Shown: positions 40,448 to 50,362 of the stretch, one piece after another
How the letters are laid out: each line of letters starts with the position of its first letter
Position numbering within the stretch: the first letter of the stretch is position 1
DNA from: an uncultured bacterium
GTDB lineage: Bacteria > SAR324 > NAC60-12
Assembly: GCA_965662235.1 (NCBI GenBank)
Contig: CBFIGY010000002.1
Location: 96,001-160,000, forward strand
Reading direction: 5' to 3'
Length of the DNA: 64,000 nucleotides
Translations under genes and position numbers: made by a program
The notes under the pieces: generated by a model
What the model saw: only the letters and a program-made list of their open reading frames with translations
The model's database searches: none
What the model was told of the DNA's origin: nothing

Positions 40448-40930
40448 ATGAAAGCTTACGAATGTGTGTTCATCGTCTCCACCGAGCTTTCGGAGGAGGA
40501 GCAGGGCGAACTGCTGAACAAGTTCCGCGACGTCGTCACCAGCAATGGCGGAGAGATCGCTGAAGAGATCGTCTGGGGCCGTCGCCGACTCGCCTATCCG
40601 ATCAACAAAAAGGACTTTGGCCACTACGTGGTCTGGTACATCAACGGCGAAGGCAAGACCCTCGACGAGCTGCACCGCCAGTTCGGCTACAACGAGCACA
40701 TCCTCCGCTACCAAAGCATTCAGGTCGAGAGCATCGCAGAAGAGGTGTCTTACTTCATGGAGCTCCTGAAGCGTCCGACTGAAGAAGAAGAAGCCGCTGC
40801 AGCCAAAGAAGAAAAGGCTAAAGAAGAGAAGGCCAAGGACGACAAGCCGGAAGAGGCCAAAGACGAAACGGCCCCTGCTGCTGAAGCGGAGTCCACGGAA
40901 GAAGCCAAAACTGAAGAATCCGCTGCCTGA
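40448..40930 (+). CDS. rpsF: 30S ribosomal protein S6 with long acidic C-terminal tail
   Basis: 'YECVFI', 'WGRRRLAYPINK', 'ILRY'. Confidence 0.96.
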   Translation: MKAYECVFIVSTELSEEEQGELLNKFRDVVTSNGGEIAEEIVWGRRRLAYPINKKDFGHYVVWYINGEGKTLDELHRQFGYNEHILRYQSIQVESIAEEVSYFMELLKRPTEEEEAAAAKEEKAKEEKAKDDKPEEAKDETAPAAEAESTEEAKTEESAA

Positions 40931-40957
40931 TCCCCCTTTTGAACTCTGGAGAATTTT

Positions 40958-41236
40958 ATGCCACGTAAAGGAAAAAGCCCACGCCGTCGCCACCGCATTC
41001 CGGCCAGCGTGCTGCTCAAGCGCAAACGCAAAACCTGTCCATTCAATGACGCCGGTGTTGACCGCATTGACTACAAGGACGTTGACCTGCTCAAGGATTA
41101 CATCACCGAAGGGGGGAAAATCGTTCCCAGCCGGATCTCCGGAGTCTCGGCGCCGTACCAGCGCAAGCTGCGCCTGGCCATCAAGCGCGCCCGGAACCTG
41201 GCCCTGCTTTCTCCCATCAGCGGACTCTCCGCCTGA
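40958..41236 (+). CDS. rpsR: 30S ribosomal protein S18
   Basis: '[26 protein letters not shown]...QR...AIKRAR'. Confidence 0.97.
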   Translation: MPRKGKSPRRRHRIPASVLLKRKRKTCPFNDAGVDRIDYKDVDLLKDYITEGGKIVPSRISGVSAPYQRKLRLAIKRARNLALLSPISGLSA

Positions 41237-41275
41237 GGGTTCCCGAACGAAACCACCCAACGTCAAGGATCTACC

Positions 41276-41818
41276 GTGAAACTGATTCTCACCCAAGACG
41301 TCCCCAACCTGGGCTCGCTCGGTGATACCGTCGAAGTGAAACCCGGCTACGGACGCAACTACCTGATTCCACGAGGCATGGCCCTGCTGGCCAACAGCAA
41401 GAAGTCCAAGGAGCTTGAGCACCGGCTCGTTTACCTGCAGAAGCTCCGTGAGAGCGAAGTGGGCGAAGCCAAGCAAAAGGCTGAAGCCATTCAGGCCCTG
41501 AGCCTCGAAGTCACCCGCAAGGCGGGTCCGGGCGGACACCTGTTCGGTTCGGTGACCAACCGGGACCTCATTCAACTGCTTGCTGAGGCCGGCTACGAGT
41601 TTGAGCGTCGTGCCGTTACCCTCGCCACCCCCATCCGCAACGTGGGCACCCACAGCTTCACCCTCCGTGTGCACACGGAAGTCCGCATTGACCTCACCGT
41701 CGTCGTCAAAGGCGAATTTGAGGCCAAGCCGGTGGAAGAGGCTCCTGCTGAGCCGGAAGCTCCTGAAGAGGCGATTGACGCCGAAGAGGCTGAAGAAGCC
41801 GCTCAGGCAGAAGCCTGA
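41276..41818 (+). CDS. rplI: 50S ribosomal protein L9
   Basis: 'LGSLGDTVEVKPGYGRNYLIP', 'LFGSVT'; GTG start. Confidence 0.97.
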   Translation: MKLILTQDVPNLGSLGDTVEVKPGYGRNYLIPRGMALLANSKKSKELEHRLVYLQKLRESEVGEAKQKAEAIQALSLEVTRKAGPGGHLFGSVTNRDLIQLLAEAGYEFERRAVTLATPIRNVGTHSFTLRVHTEVRIDLTVVVKGEFEAKPVEEAPAEPEAPEEAIDAEEAEEAAQAEA

Positions 41819-41874
41819 TTTCTCCGGAGCCGGATCCCCTCCGGCTCCTCCTCCCGACTACGTCCGGAGCCTCC

Positions 41875-43224
41875 ATGTCCGCCGCCAAGACGAACTTCCT
41901 CGAAGAACTGCTTCCGCACGATAAGTTCGCTGAGCAGGCTGTGCTGGGTTCCATCATCATCCGGAACTCGGTGATGGGAGTGGTGCTGGACGCCCTCATG
42001 CCCTCTGACTTTTTCTCCCCTGCTCACCAGCGCATCTTCCAAGCGATGCTGACGCTGCATCAGGAGAGCACACCACTGGATGAGCTCACCATTGCACGCT
42101 GGCTCAACGATCAGGGACAACTGGACCCCATTGGCGGTCCGGACTACTTGCTGGAACTGGCTCAGAACACTCCGGTCCCTGAAAACGTCGAGCACTACGC
42201 CCGGATTGTCCGCGAGAAGAGTCAGCTCCGGGACATCATTGCAGCCGCTCACGAGATCGCCAAACGGGGTCAGGAGGGCACTGAAAACATTTCGGCCTTT
42301 CTCTCGGAAGCCACTGAACGCCTCCGGGCGATTGAAGCACGGGCCAGTGGTGGAAACCTCAGCCCCCTCAAGGAAATCCTCCTTACCAACTTCGAGCAGC
42401 TAGAAAAGCTTTCGGAGGCGCCAGAGGCCGTCACCGGGGTGCCCACCGGATTTACGGAGCTGGATGAGCTGACCCGGGGCCTGCAGCGGGGGGATTTGGT
42501 CATTCTGGCCGCCCGTCCCTCAATGGGCAAAACCGCCTTTGCCATGAACATCGGGCTCTATGCGGCCGCGCATGCAAAGATTCCCACTCTGATCTTCAGC
42601 CTTGAGATGCCGAAGGAGCACATTGCGATGCGCCTGATCTGCAGCGAGGCTCGGGTCAACAGTCGCAAGCTCTGGGGCGGGAACTTGGACCAGGAGGACT
42701 GGGACAAGCTGCTGGAGGCAACCACCCGCATGATGGATGCTCCGCTCTTTATTGACGACCAGTCTGGCATCAACCCCGCCTACATCCGTAAGGTCGCCCG
42801 GCAGGTGAAGCAGCAGCACCCGGAAATTGGACTGATTGTCATCGACTACCTGCAGCTGATGAGCTCCACGCGCCGGACGGATTCCCGGGAGCAGGAGATT
42901 TCGGAAATTTCCCGGGCCCTCAAGGCCGTGGCCAAGGAATTTAGCCTGCCGGTGCTGGCGCTTTCTCAGCTCAACCGCGACCTAGAACGCCGGGCCGACA
43001 AGCGTCCGATGATGGCCGATCTACGGGAATCCGGAGCCCTAGAGCAAGACGCGGACTTGATCATGTTCATCTATCGCGATGAAGTGTACAATGACAACAC
43101 GGAAGATAAGGGAATTGCCGAAATCATCATCTCCAAGCACCGAAATGGAGAGATCGGCACCCGGCGCCTTGCGTTCATTGGGCAGTACACCAAGTTTGCA
43201 AACCTTGCCCTTGGAGAACCTTGA
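41875..43224 (+). CDS. dnaB: Replicative DNA helicase
   Basis: 'AEQAVLGS', 'AARPSMGKT', 'IDYLQL', 'LSQLNR', 'DLRESGALEQDAD'. Confidence 0.97.
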   Translation: MSAAKTNFLEELLPHDKFAEQAVLGSIIIRNSVMGVVLDALMPSDFFSPAHQRIFQAMLTLHQESTPLDELTIARWLNDQGQLDPIGGPDYLLELAQNTPVPENVEHYARIVREKSQLRDIIAAAHEIAKRGQEGTENISAFLSEATERLRAIEARASGGNLSPLKEILLTNFEQLEKLSEAPEAVTGVPTGFTELDELTRGLQRGDLVILAARPSMGKTAFAMNIGLYAAAHAKIPTLIFSLEMPKEHIAMRLICSEARVNSRKLWGGNLDQEDWDKLLEATTRMMDAPLFIDDQSGINPAYIRKVARQVKQQHPEIGLIVIDYLQLMSSTRRTDSREQEISEISRALKAVAKEFSLPVLALSQLNRDLERRADKRPMMADLRESGALEQDADLIMFIYRDEVYNDNTEDKGIAEIIISKHRNGEIGTRRLAFIGQYTKFANLALGEP

Positions 43225-44216
43225 CTTCGACTGTCATGGATACCCCCTCAACCCCGTCTGCTGCAGAGTGGCTGCAACGTCCTCTGTTGGAACAGGTCGC
43301 TCAGCCGCTGGCTCCGTCGCTGCCATGCCCGTGTTTTCCGGAGCTCATGGAAGCCATCTTGCGGGAGGTTTTGGAGCAAGAGTGGTCTCGTCTCAGCAGC
43401 CGAGCCAAGGCCTACCTGCGCTGGATGAGCACCAAGGCAGAGGCCATTGACGTCTTTGTCCCCACCCACGAGGTGGCCACTCATGGCTTTGAACTACTTG
43501 CTGCCGATCGTTTTGGCAACAGCTTCGGGAAGATCCAAGCGCAGTGTAAGGAGCTCGGCATTCCCTCCATCCTCTTTCGGTTTGCCTCGCTGGTGGCCGC
43601 CTTCCTCAACGTCCGTCTTCTGAAGGAGCACCTCCTCCGCAAAGAAGAAGCAGACCGCCCGCTGGTGTTCACGCAAAACGTCGATGGCGATTACCTCAAC
43701 TACCCCCGGGCCCTCCGAGCGGTGCTGGACCTGTTTCCGGAATCACAGGAACAGTTTTACTTTGAGGTCAATGAAGGCATCACTGAGGACTACCTGAACA
43801 CCATCCGGTTTCTTTCAGAAGAGTTGGGGCTGCGGCTGGCTCTGGATGACACCAACCGCATGGATCAGCAGGTCCACCGCGAGTTGCTCGACTATGCCGA
43901 CTGGATCAAGATCGACTTCCAAGGCACCGCCATGCTGGAAGCCCGGCTGAAAAACGGTGAACGGGACCCTGTCCTCTGGCACCTGGAAAACTACGCCAAG
44001 AACTCCCAAACCTCAGCCATGGTTTTCGAAGGCCTCGGTGAGCACTCGGTCCTCAAAGGATTCTTGGAAAACCACTGGCCCCTTTCATCCACCCGCCTCT
44101 ATCACCAAAGCCGTGAACGGCGCCCCCGCACCCCGTGGAATGACTACTTTGGCGTGATTCAGGATCACGTCCCTGGGGAGTACGGGTTGTTCTTCAAGCG
44201 AGACCTATGCGATTGA
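43221..44216 (+). CDS. Stand-alone degenerate EAL-like domain protein
   Basis: EAL-order motif remnants 'GFELLA', 'TQNV', 'FEVNE', 'LALDDTN', 'WIKID', 'VFEGL'. Confidence 0.6.
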   Translation: MTSTVMDTPSTPSAAEWLQRPLLEQVAQPLAPSLPCPCFPELMEAILREVLEQEWSRLSSRAKAYLRWMSTKAEAIDVFVPTHEVATHGFELLAADRFGNSFGKIQAQCKELGIPSILFRFASLVAAFLNVRLLKEHLLRKEEADRPLVFTQNVDGDYLNYPRALRAVLDLFPESQEQFYFEVNEGITEDYLNTIRFLSEELGLRLALDDTNRMDQQVHRELLDYADWIKIDFQGTAMLEARLKNGERDPVLWHLENYAKNSQTSAMVFEGLGEHSVLKGFLENHWPLSSTRLYHQSRERRPRTPWNDYFGVIQDHVPGEYGLFFKRDLCD

Positions 44217-45433
44217 CCGGACTCTTGCTGAGCCTCTTGGTGCTCAGCGCCTGCGCGTCCTCGGAGTACCCTGACCAAACTGATGAAGGCGCCTCACTTG
44301 CCGGAGGCGTGCTGTTTGAAGAGCCCCTAGAGCAAGACGCGGGAAACAACCCTTCGCACCTCGTTTGGGACAACTTTACGGCCAACGCTCAGGTCGATGA
44401 CCTCCTTGTCCTCAACCCCCGAAAAACTGGGGACGTTCTTTCTGAAGCCGATGGCACCCTCGCCCTCTTTGCGGACGCCTCGGGCAGTAGCCTAGCTGCA
44501 GCAACCCTGCAGGAGCCGGCAACCGCTCAGTGGCGTCAGGATGCCGTGGCCGCGGACGTCAATGCAGACGGAAGCCAAGACCTCGTCGTCAGTGACGCGG
44601 CCAACGATGCCGTGCAGGTGCTCCTCAACGATGGCACCGGCACGTTTTCAGATAACGCCACCATTTCCGTCGGCAACGTTCCGACCGACCTGCTGACCTG
44701 GTCTGACGGAGGACAAACCTACCTGGCCGTGGCCAATCGCGACGGCTCCAGCATTTCCGTGCTCGACAACCAAAGCGGGACCTTGGCCGTACAAGCCACT
44801 TTGACAACGGAAAGCACCCCAACCGGGCTGGCAATCGGCGACTGGAACACCGACAACCGCACTGACCTCGCCGTCCTTTCCCGCGGCACCGAAACCGTTG
44901 AGCTGTGGCTCGATAATGGGTCCGGAGGCTTTACTCAGCACACCAGCACTCTGGGCACCGGAGGCGCTCCTCACTCCCTGCTTTCCGGCGACTGGGACTG
45001 CAACGGAACTGCAGACCTGGCCGTCAGCAACAGCAGCGACGACACCCTGAGCCTCTTTTATGGCGATGGCGCTCTGAACTTTGAGGCGCAGACCCTCTCC
45101 ACCGGACGAGGCCCGAGTTCCTTTGCAGCGGCAGACTTCAATCAGGATGGGGCCATGGACTTTGTCGTCGCCCAACGCTTTTCCGTCAGCACCACCTCCA
45201 ACTCCTACCTCACAGGAGACCTGTCGCTGCTCCTCAGTCAGAGCCAAGACACCTATGACACAGCGGAATCTTTTGCCGCGTCCACAGCAGCAGCAGGGAC
45301 GCCTCCGGCTCGCTTGCTGATCGCCGACCAAAATGGCGATGCCAAGCTGGACCTGCTGGTGGCCTTACCGCAACAGGGGAAGGTCGCCGTTCTGCATGGG
45401 AAAGCCTACTCCGGCAGCCTGTCCTGTCCCTAA
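44207..45433 (+). CDS. FG-GAP/VCBS repeat lipoprotein
   Basis: Lipobox 'LSAC'; repeats 'ADVNADGSQDLVV', 'GDWNTDNRTDLAV', 'GDWDCNGTADLAV', 'ADFNQDGAMDFVV', 'ADQNGDAKLDLLV'. Confidence 0.88.
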   Translation: MRLTGLLLSLLVLSACASSEYPDQTDEGASLAGGVLFEEPLEQDAGNNPSHLVWDNFTANAQVDDLLVLNPRKTGDVLSEADGTLALFADASGSSLAAATLQEPATAQWRQDAVAADVNADGSQDLVVSDAANDAVQVLLNDGTGTFSDNATISVGNVPTDLLTWSDGGQTYLAVANRDGSSISVLDNQSGTLAVQATLTTESTPTGLAIGDWNTDNRTDLAVLSRGTETVELWLDNGSGGFTQHTSTLGTGGAPHSLLSGDWDCNGTADLAVSNSSDDTLSLFYGDGALNFEAQTLSTGRGPSSFAAADFNQDGAMDFVVAQRFSVSTTSNSYLTGDLSLLLSQSQDTYDTAESFAASTAAAGTPPARLLIADQNGDAKLDLLVALPQQGKVAVLHGKAYSGSLSCP

Positions 45434-45511
45434 GCCTTCCGGATTTCCAGTCAAGGTGTGGCTCTTGCAAATCTAGAGAGGTCTGTAATTGCACCCTGGC
45501 CGCCGAATTCC

Positions 45512-48500
45512 ATGCGTTCCCTGCTTTCGTTTCTTCTACTGCTTGTTTTTCCTGCTCTCGGATGGGCTCAAGATCCGAAAACTCCCTTGGGAGATTTCAT
45601 CTGGTCCCGCCACTACTATGGCCAGCTCAATGGTCAGGAGCAGCTGCTCTACACCCGTTCCTTTGCCCGTAGCCAGCTGAGCTTTGCGGACACCAATGGA
45701 GACGGTGAGGAAGACCTCTTTGTCGGGAAAGCGGACGGGCGCATCGCTTTCTTCCGCAACGACGGTACCAGCACCGCCCCGGCTTTCCGCCTCGTCACCG
45801 AAGACTACCAAGCCTACCACGAGGAGCTCACCGGCAACCAGGAACTGCTGCAGCTGCAGGACCTCATCAACGTCGGCAGCAACGCCTCCCCCGAATTCTA
45901 CGACATCGACAGCGACGGCGACCTCGACCTCTTCATTGGGTCCGGAGACGGAAGCATCTTCTACTACGAAAACCGGGGCAACCGCCTGCTCGCCCGCTAC
46001 TTCCTGGACTCCCCCGTCTTCATGAACCTGAAGTTCGACGGCAACGTCGTGCCCCGGTTTGCCGACCTCAACGGGGACCGATTGGTGGACATGCTCGTGG
46101 GCACACGGGAAGGCAAGCTCACCCTCTTCTTCAACTCCGGACTCTCCACACGGCCGCTGTTCTGCCCGGCGTTTCCTGCTGGGCTCCCTCCGGACCCGCG
46201 CTGCAAGTACCAGCCGCTTGAGCTGGGCAGCGTTGCGCCCCACATGGACGCCACCCCCACGCTGGTGGACTGGGATCAGGATGGACTGCTCGACATTGTC
46301 GCAGGTAAGTCCAACGGCAAACTGAGCTTCTACCACAACCAGGGAACTCGGTTTGCCCCCAAGTGGGTGCTGGAGTCTGAGCACTTCCTCTTCATTGACT
46401 CCGGAGGCTTCTCGGCCCCGAACTTTCACGACCTCAACCAAGACGGCTACCCGGAGCTGGTTCTGGGCACCGCAACCTCGATGGTGGTTCAGTATGACAA
46501 CCGTGAGCTGCTGCAAACAGGACTGGGGAAACTGGCTCAGCTGGACCTGACGCAGATTGACTTCCGGGCCTCTGTCCAGAACGTCCTGGCTCAGGCCTGT
46601 GCGCTCCTGCGTGGAGAGCCAGAGTGTGTGGTCACCATGAATACGGCCTTTGGCCTGCCCGACACCGTCAAGACGCTGGGAGATCTGGAAGCCAACCTGC
46701 TCAGTCCGGACGCCAGCCTCAATTCAACCGCCCTGCAGGTACAGACGCCCGACACCGGCCAGCAAGCCCCGGCCATGTCCAGCAACACGCAAACGCCGGC
46801 CCTGACGGGTCCGAACGCTCCCGCAGGACAGCCGCCGGCAAACGTGGCTGCCATCCGGACCCCCCTCCAGGCCAACGTCAACACCGCGCCTGGTGCCGCA
46901 AACGGAGCGCCTGCAGATCCGAATGCTGCTGACGCGGCAGCGGCCGATGCCGGTCCTCCGCAGATCATCACGCGAAACCGCATGTGGCTCAGCACCCGGA
47001 ACTTCCTCAACATTGGGGAGCTTGCGGAAAATGAACTCCGCTCCACCGTGACCACAGGCGACTGGAATGGCGACGGACTTGTGGACCTCATCGTCGGAGG
47101 AAAGTCTGGACGCATCTATGCCTATGAGAACCAAGGCAGCCCGGAGCAGCCCAACTGGGTTTCCCTCGATTTTCCCTCGTTTGCCCCCAACCGGCGGCAA
47201 AACAGCGCGCCGTTTCTCTATGACATCGACGGGGATGGAGACCTCGACATCATCATCGGCAAGGCTGACGGCCAAATTGAACTCCTCCGGAATGACGGAA
47301 ACGCACAGGCGCCAGACTGGGTGACCGCCGATGTTCGGCTCTCTCAGATTGATGTTGGAAACGACAGCCGTCCGCTGTTGATTGACCTGGATAAGGATGA
47401 AGATCCTGACCTGCTCGTGGGCAATGGACGCGGGCTCGTGATCTTTTATGAGAACCAGGGGACCGCGCAGTCACCCAAGTTCTTCCTCAAGAGCACCCGT
47501 TTCGCCGGCATCACCATGCCTGGAAATGCAGCCCCCAGCATCTTCTTCTGGAACAACGACGACAACCCCGACTTGGTCACGGGCGAACGAGACGGCACCC
47601 TGCGTGTCAACTCCTTTACGCCTCGTCCGGACGCTCCTCCGACGTACGGATGGCGGCTGGAAGAAGAAATCTGGGCCGGCCTGCGTTCCGTTGGCTACAG
47701 TTCCCCCAGCTTTGCGGAACTGAACGGTGACGATCAGACGGACCTGTTGATGGGAGACGAGGAAGGGAACCTGTTGCTGTGGTTCAATCAGGGACGCCAG
47801 ACGGTGGAGCCTCCGGCTCCGGAACCCGTGCTGACCTCCAATTCGATTGACTCCAACGACAACCCGATTCTTCCAGACTCTGAGGAAGTGCCCTTCTTCA
47901 ACGATGAGACGGACTTTGTCACCGACACCATTGTGGAGCCACGTTACGTTCTCGTTTCCAAACAATTCGGTGGGATTCAGGCGGGCCGTAAGCTGGTTCC
48001 GGCGCTCCTGGATCTTGATGGCGACCTGGACCTGGACCTGCTGATCGGCAACCAGGCAGGGCAGCTGCTGGTGTTCACGAACGAAGGAGGTGACCCAGAG
48101 ACCACCAACTGGCGACTGACGGACACCAACTTCTTGGAGTACAAGGGCGGACGAAACGCTTCCCCGACCTTTGTGGACATTGATGGGGACGGTGACAAGG
48201 ACCTGATCGTCGGTAACGAGCGGGGCAGCGTGATGTACTGGGAAAACAAGGGCTCCGACTCCTTCCCGGACTTTTCACCGAACCCAGCCAGCGTCCTCGG
48301 TGTGACCGCAGGACAGAACTCCATGCCCAGCGCTTTTGACCTGAACGGCGATGGTTTTCCAGACCTGCTTCTGGGGAACCTGTTTGGGCAGCTTCGCCAG
48401 TACCAACAGCTTCGGGAGGGAGACGACCGCTACCGCTTCCGCCTTCTGCGTCGTCAGTTCATGGGACTGGATGTGGGCCTAGGCGCGGCGCCTCAGTTTG

Positions 48501-48757
48501 CAGACCTGAACAACGACAAGATCCCTGAGATGGTCGTTGGCTCTGACATCGGACGGTTCCGCGTGTATGAGCAGGTGGCAGGGCAGACAGAGGAGTCGAT
48601 GTGGAAGGAAGGTCCGAATTACTTTGCCGACCTTGAGTTGCCGCTCGGTGGAGCTGCGACCTTTGTGGACTTCAATGAAGACAATGACATGGACGTCCTC
48701 ATTGGCGGAGAGGATGGATCGCTCTACTACTACCGAAACGACGCGCGGCGGCAATGA
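45512..48757 (+). CDS. Large exported FG-GAP repeat protein (multiple Ca-binding beta-propeller-type repeat blocks)
   Basis: Signal peptide; about 15 'P.F.D.D.DGD.DL..G...G.....N' repeats in three blocks separated by linkers. Confidence 0.88.
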   Translation: MRSLLSFLLLLVFPALGWAQDPKTPLGDFIWSRHYYGQLNGQEQLLYTRSFARSQLSFADTNGDGEEDLFVGKADGRIAFFRNDGTSTAPAFRLVTEDYQAYHEELTGNQELLQLQDLINVGSNASPEFYDIDSDGDLDLFIGSGDGSIFYYENRGNRLLARYFLDSPVFMNLKFDGNVVPRFADLNGDRLVDMLVGTREGKLTLFFNSGLSTRPLFCPAFPAGLPPDPRCKYQPLELGSVAPHMDATPTLVDWDQDGLLDIVAGKSNGKLSFYHNQGTRFAPKWVLESEHFLFIDSGGFSAPNFHDLNQDGYPELVLGTATSMVVQYDNRELLQTGLGKLAQLDLTQIDFRASVQNVLAQACALLRGEPECVVTMNTAFGLPDTVKTLGDLEANLLSPDASLNSTALQVQTPDTGQQAPAMSSNTQTPALTGPNAPAGQPPANVAAIRTPLQANVNTAPGAANGAPADPNAADAAAADAGPPQIITRNRMWLSTRNFLNIGELAENELRSTVTTGDWNGDGLVDLIVGGKSGRIYAYENQGSPEQPNWVSLDFPSFAPNRRQNSAPFLYDIDGDGDLDIIIGKADGQIELLRNDGNAQAPDWVTADVRLSQIDVGNDSRPLLIDLDKDEDPDLLVGNGRGLVIFYENQGTAQSPKFFLKSTRFAGITMPGNAAPSIFFWNNDDNPDLVTGERDGTLRVNSFTPRPDAPPTYGWRLEEEIWAGLRSVGYSSPSFAELNGDDQTDLLMGDEEGNLLLWFNQGRQTVEPPAPEPVLTSNSIDSNDNPILPDSEEVPFFNDETDFVTDTIVEPRYVLVSKQFGGIQAGRKLVPALLDLDGDLDLDLLIGNQAGQLLVFTNEGGDPETTNWRLTDTNFLEYKGGRNASPTFVDIDGDGDKDLIVGNERGSVMYWENKGSDSFPDFSPNPASVLGVTAGQNSMPSAFDLNGDGFPDLLLGNLFGQLRQYQQLREGDDRYRFRLLRRQFMGLDVGLGAAPQFADLNNDKIPEMVVGSDIGRFRVYEQVAGQTEESMWKEGPNYFADLELPLGGAATFVDFNEDNDMDVLIGGEDGSLYYYRNDARRQ

Positions 48758-48785
48758 GCCCCCGCACGCGCCTCGTTCAAGTGGC

Positions 48786-50243
48786 TTAGTTCAGCAGCCG
48801 CAGAACGCTCTGCTGACTCTGGTTGGCCTGCGCCAACATGGCCATGCTTGACTCCACCATGATCTGGTTTCGAGTAAAGTCAGCCATTTCCTTCGCCATA
48901 TCCGCGTCTCGGACCACTGACTCCGAGCTCTGGACGTTCTCATGAGCGATCCGGAGGTAGTTGAGGTTGCTCTCCAGGGTGTTCTTCTGGAAGGCGCCCA
49001 TTTCCCCTCGGGTGGACGAAACCTCGTCAATCGCCCGGTCAATGACCTTGATCGCATCCTGAGCCTGAGCAGCCGTCAGCACCTTGACCTCATTCAGAGA
49101 TCGGAAGCCGGACTCATTCAGAACGGCGTTCCCCAGCTGTGAAGCCCGAACGGACTTCATGGAGACTGAGGTCATCTGATTGGCATTCCCCCCAATCTGG
49201 AAGTTCAGGGAGTTCTGCGCAAAGGTCAGGGTGCCCACGCGTCCGGCAGCATCCCCCGTGTAGCGAACCTTGATCCCCTCAATGCCGTTGGCCCCCGGAC
49301 CTCCGGTCAAGACCTGCCCCTTACCGGTAGCCGCCTCGCCGTTGATTTCTCCCGCAATGTCCACTCCGTTCTGGATCTTATCCGAAACATTCGCCTGCTG
49401 CGAGAGGACGCCTGCGGTGGAGCTGGCAACATTGAAGGTATGCTCGCTGCCATACTCACGGTGACGCAAGCGGATGGCCTGCGGCGCGTCGTTGTCCGTA
49501 CTTCCGGGATCAGGTCGGATCAGGTCGATGTTCAGGTTCGCATCCTTGATTGCTGCGCCAAGCTCGTTGAGCGTCTGCTCCACTGAGCGCCCGGCCTTGG
49601 TCCGGAAGTTCAACGCACGGCCACCTTCCGTGATGGTGATCTGCTCCCCGCGGTCAATGATGTCCTGAGTCAGTGCCACCGAGCCGGTGTGCTCTGCGCG
49701 AGCGGCAGCCTGGGTCACATCAATGCTGTACCCATTGGGGCCAGAAGAGTTAGCCTTGGCGCCTCCGGTGATGAACTCTAGGTCCTCACCCACCACGACT
49801 CCGTTCCCGGCTTTGCTTCCATCCAGCAGGTAGTTCTTGCCATACTGGGTGTTTTTGGCAATCCGGTTGATGGACGACAGGATGTTGTCGAGTTCCTGCT
49901 GATCCGCCTGCTGCATCGCCGGATCGTTGGTCGCTTCGTTGGCCGCATGCACCGCCAGCTGACGGGCATTGATCAGTGAGCGACTCACTTCATCCAAAGC
50001 CGCCTCTGCGGTCTGCATCAGCGACACCCCCATTTCGGTGTTGTCAATGGCCTGACGCAGTCCTGCAGCTTGAGCCCGCAGCTGCTCGGAGATCTGGAGC
50101 TGAGCCGGGGCATCGGCTCCGCGATTGATCTTCATTCCTGAAGAAAGCCGCTCAATGGACTTTTGCTGAGCGGCCGAATTATTCGTCAACTGACGGTGAG
50201 CATTTGTAGCTGCAACGTTGTTGTTGATACGAAGAGAAGACAT
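48786..50243 (-). CDS. Flagellin (copy 1, 485 aa)
   Basis: 'LRINNN...ERLSSGMKINRGAD', 'FQIG', 'SESVVRDADMAKEM...MLAQANQ...VLRLL'. Confidence 0.95.
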   Translation of the reverse strand: MSSLRINNNVAATNAHRQLTNNSAAQQKSIERLSSGMKINRGADAPAQLQISEQLRAQAAGLRQAIDNTEMGVSLMQTAEAALDEVSRSLINARQLAVHAANEATNDPAMQQADQQELDNILSSINRIAKNTQYGKNYLLDGSKAGNGVVVGEDLEFITGGAKANSSGPNGYSIDVTQAAARAEHTGSVALTQDIIDRGEQITITEGGRALNFRTKAGRSVEQTLNELGAAIKDANLNIDLIRPDPGSTDNDAPQAIRLRHREYGSEHTFNVASSTAGVLSQQANVSDKIQNGVDIAGEINGEAATGKGQVLTGGPGANGIEGIKVRYTGDAAGRVGTLTFAQNSLNFQIGGNANQMTSVSMKSVRASQLGNAVLNESGFRSLNEVKVLTAAQAQDAIKVIDRAIDEVSSTRGEMGAFQKNTLESNLNYLRIAHENVQSSESVVRDADMAKEMADFTRNQIMVESSMAMLAQANQSQQSVLRLLN

Positions 50244-50280
50244 AACTGCTCCTTTTATTCGGGACGATAAAGAGGATCGG

Positions 50281-50294
50281 GCGCCTCCATGCGC
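50281..50294 (-). promoter_or_regulatory. CsrA-type GGA hairpin in the leader of flagellin 1
   Basis: Minus strand GCGC-AUGGAG-GCGC. Confidence 0.6.
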
Positions 50295-50362
50295 ATCAGG
50301 GGACTCACCCTCTGCTTCCTCTAGCGTTTAACAGTGAGCCCCATGGGATGAGCGTGGGCTCA

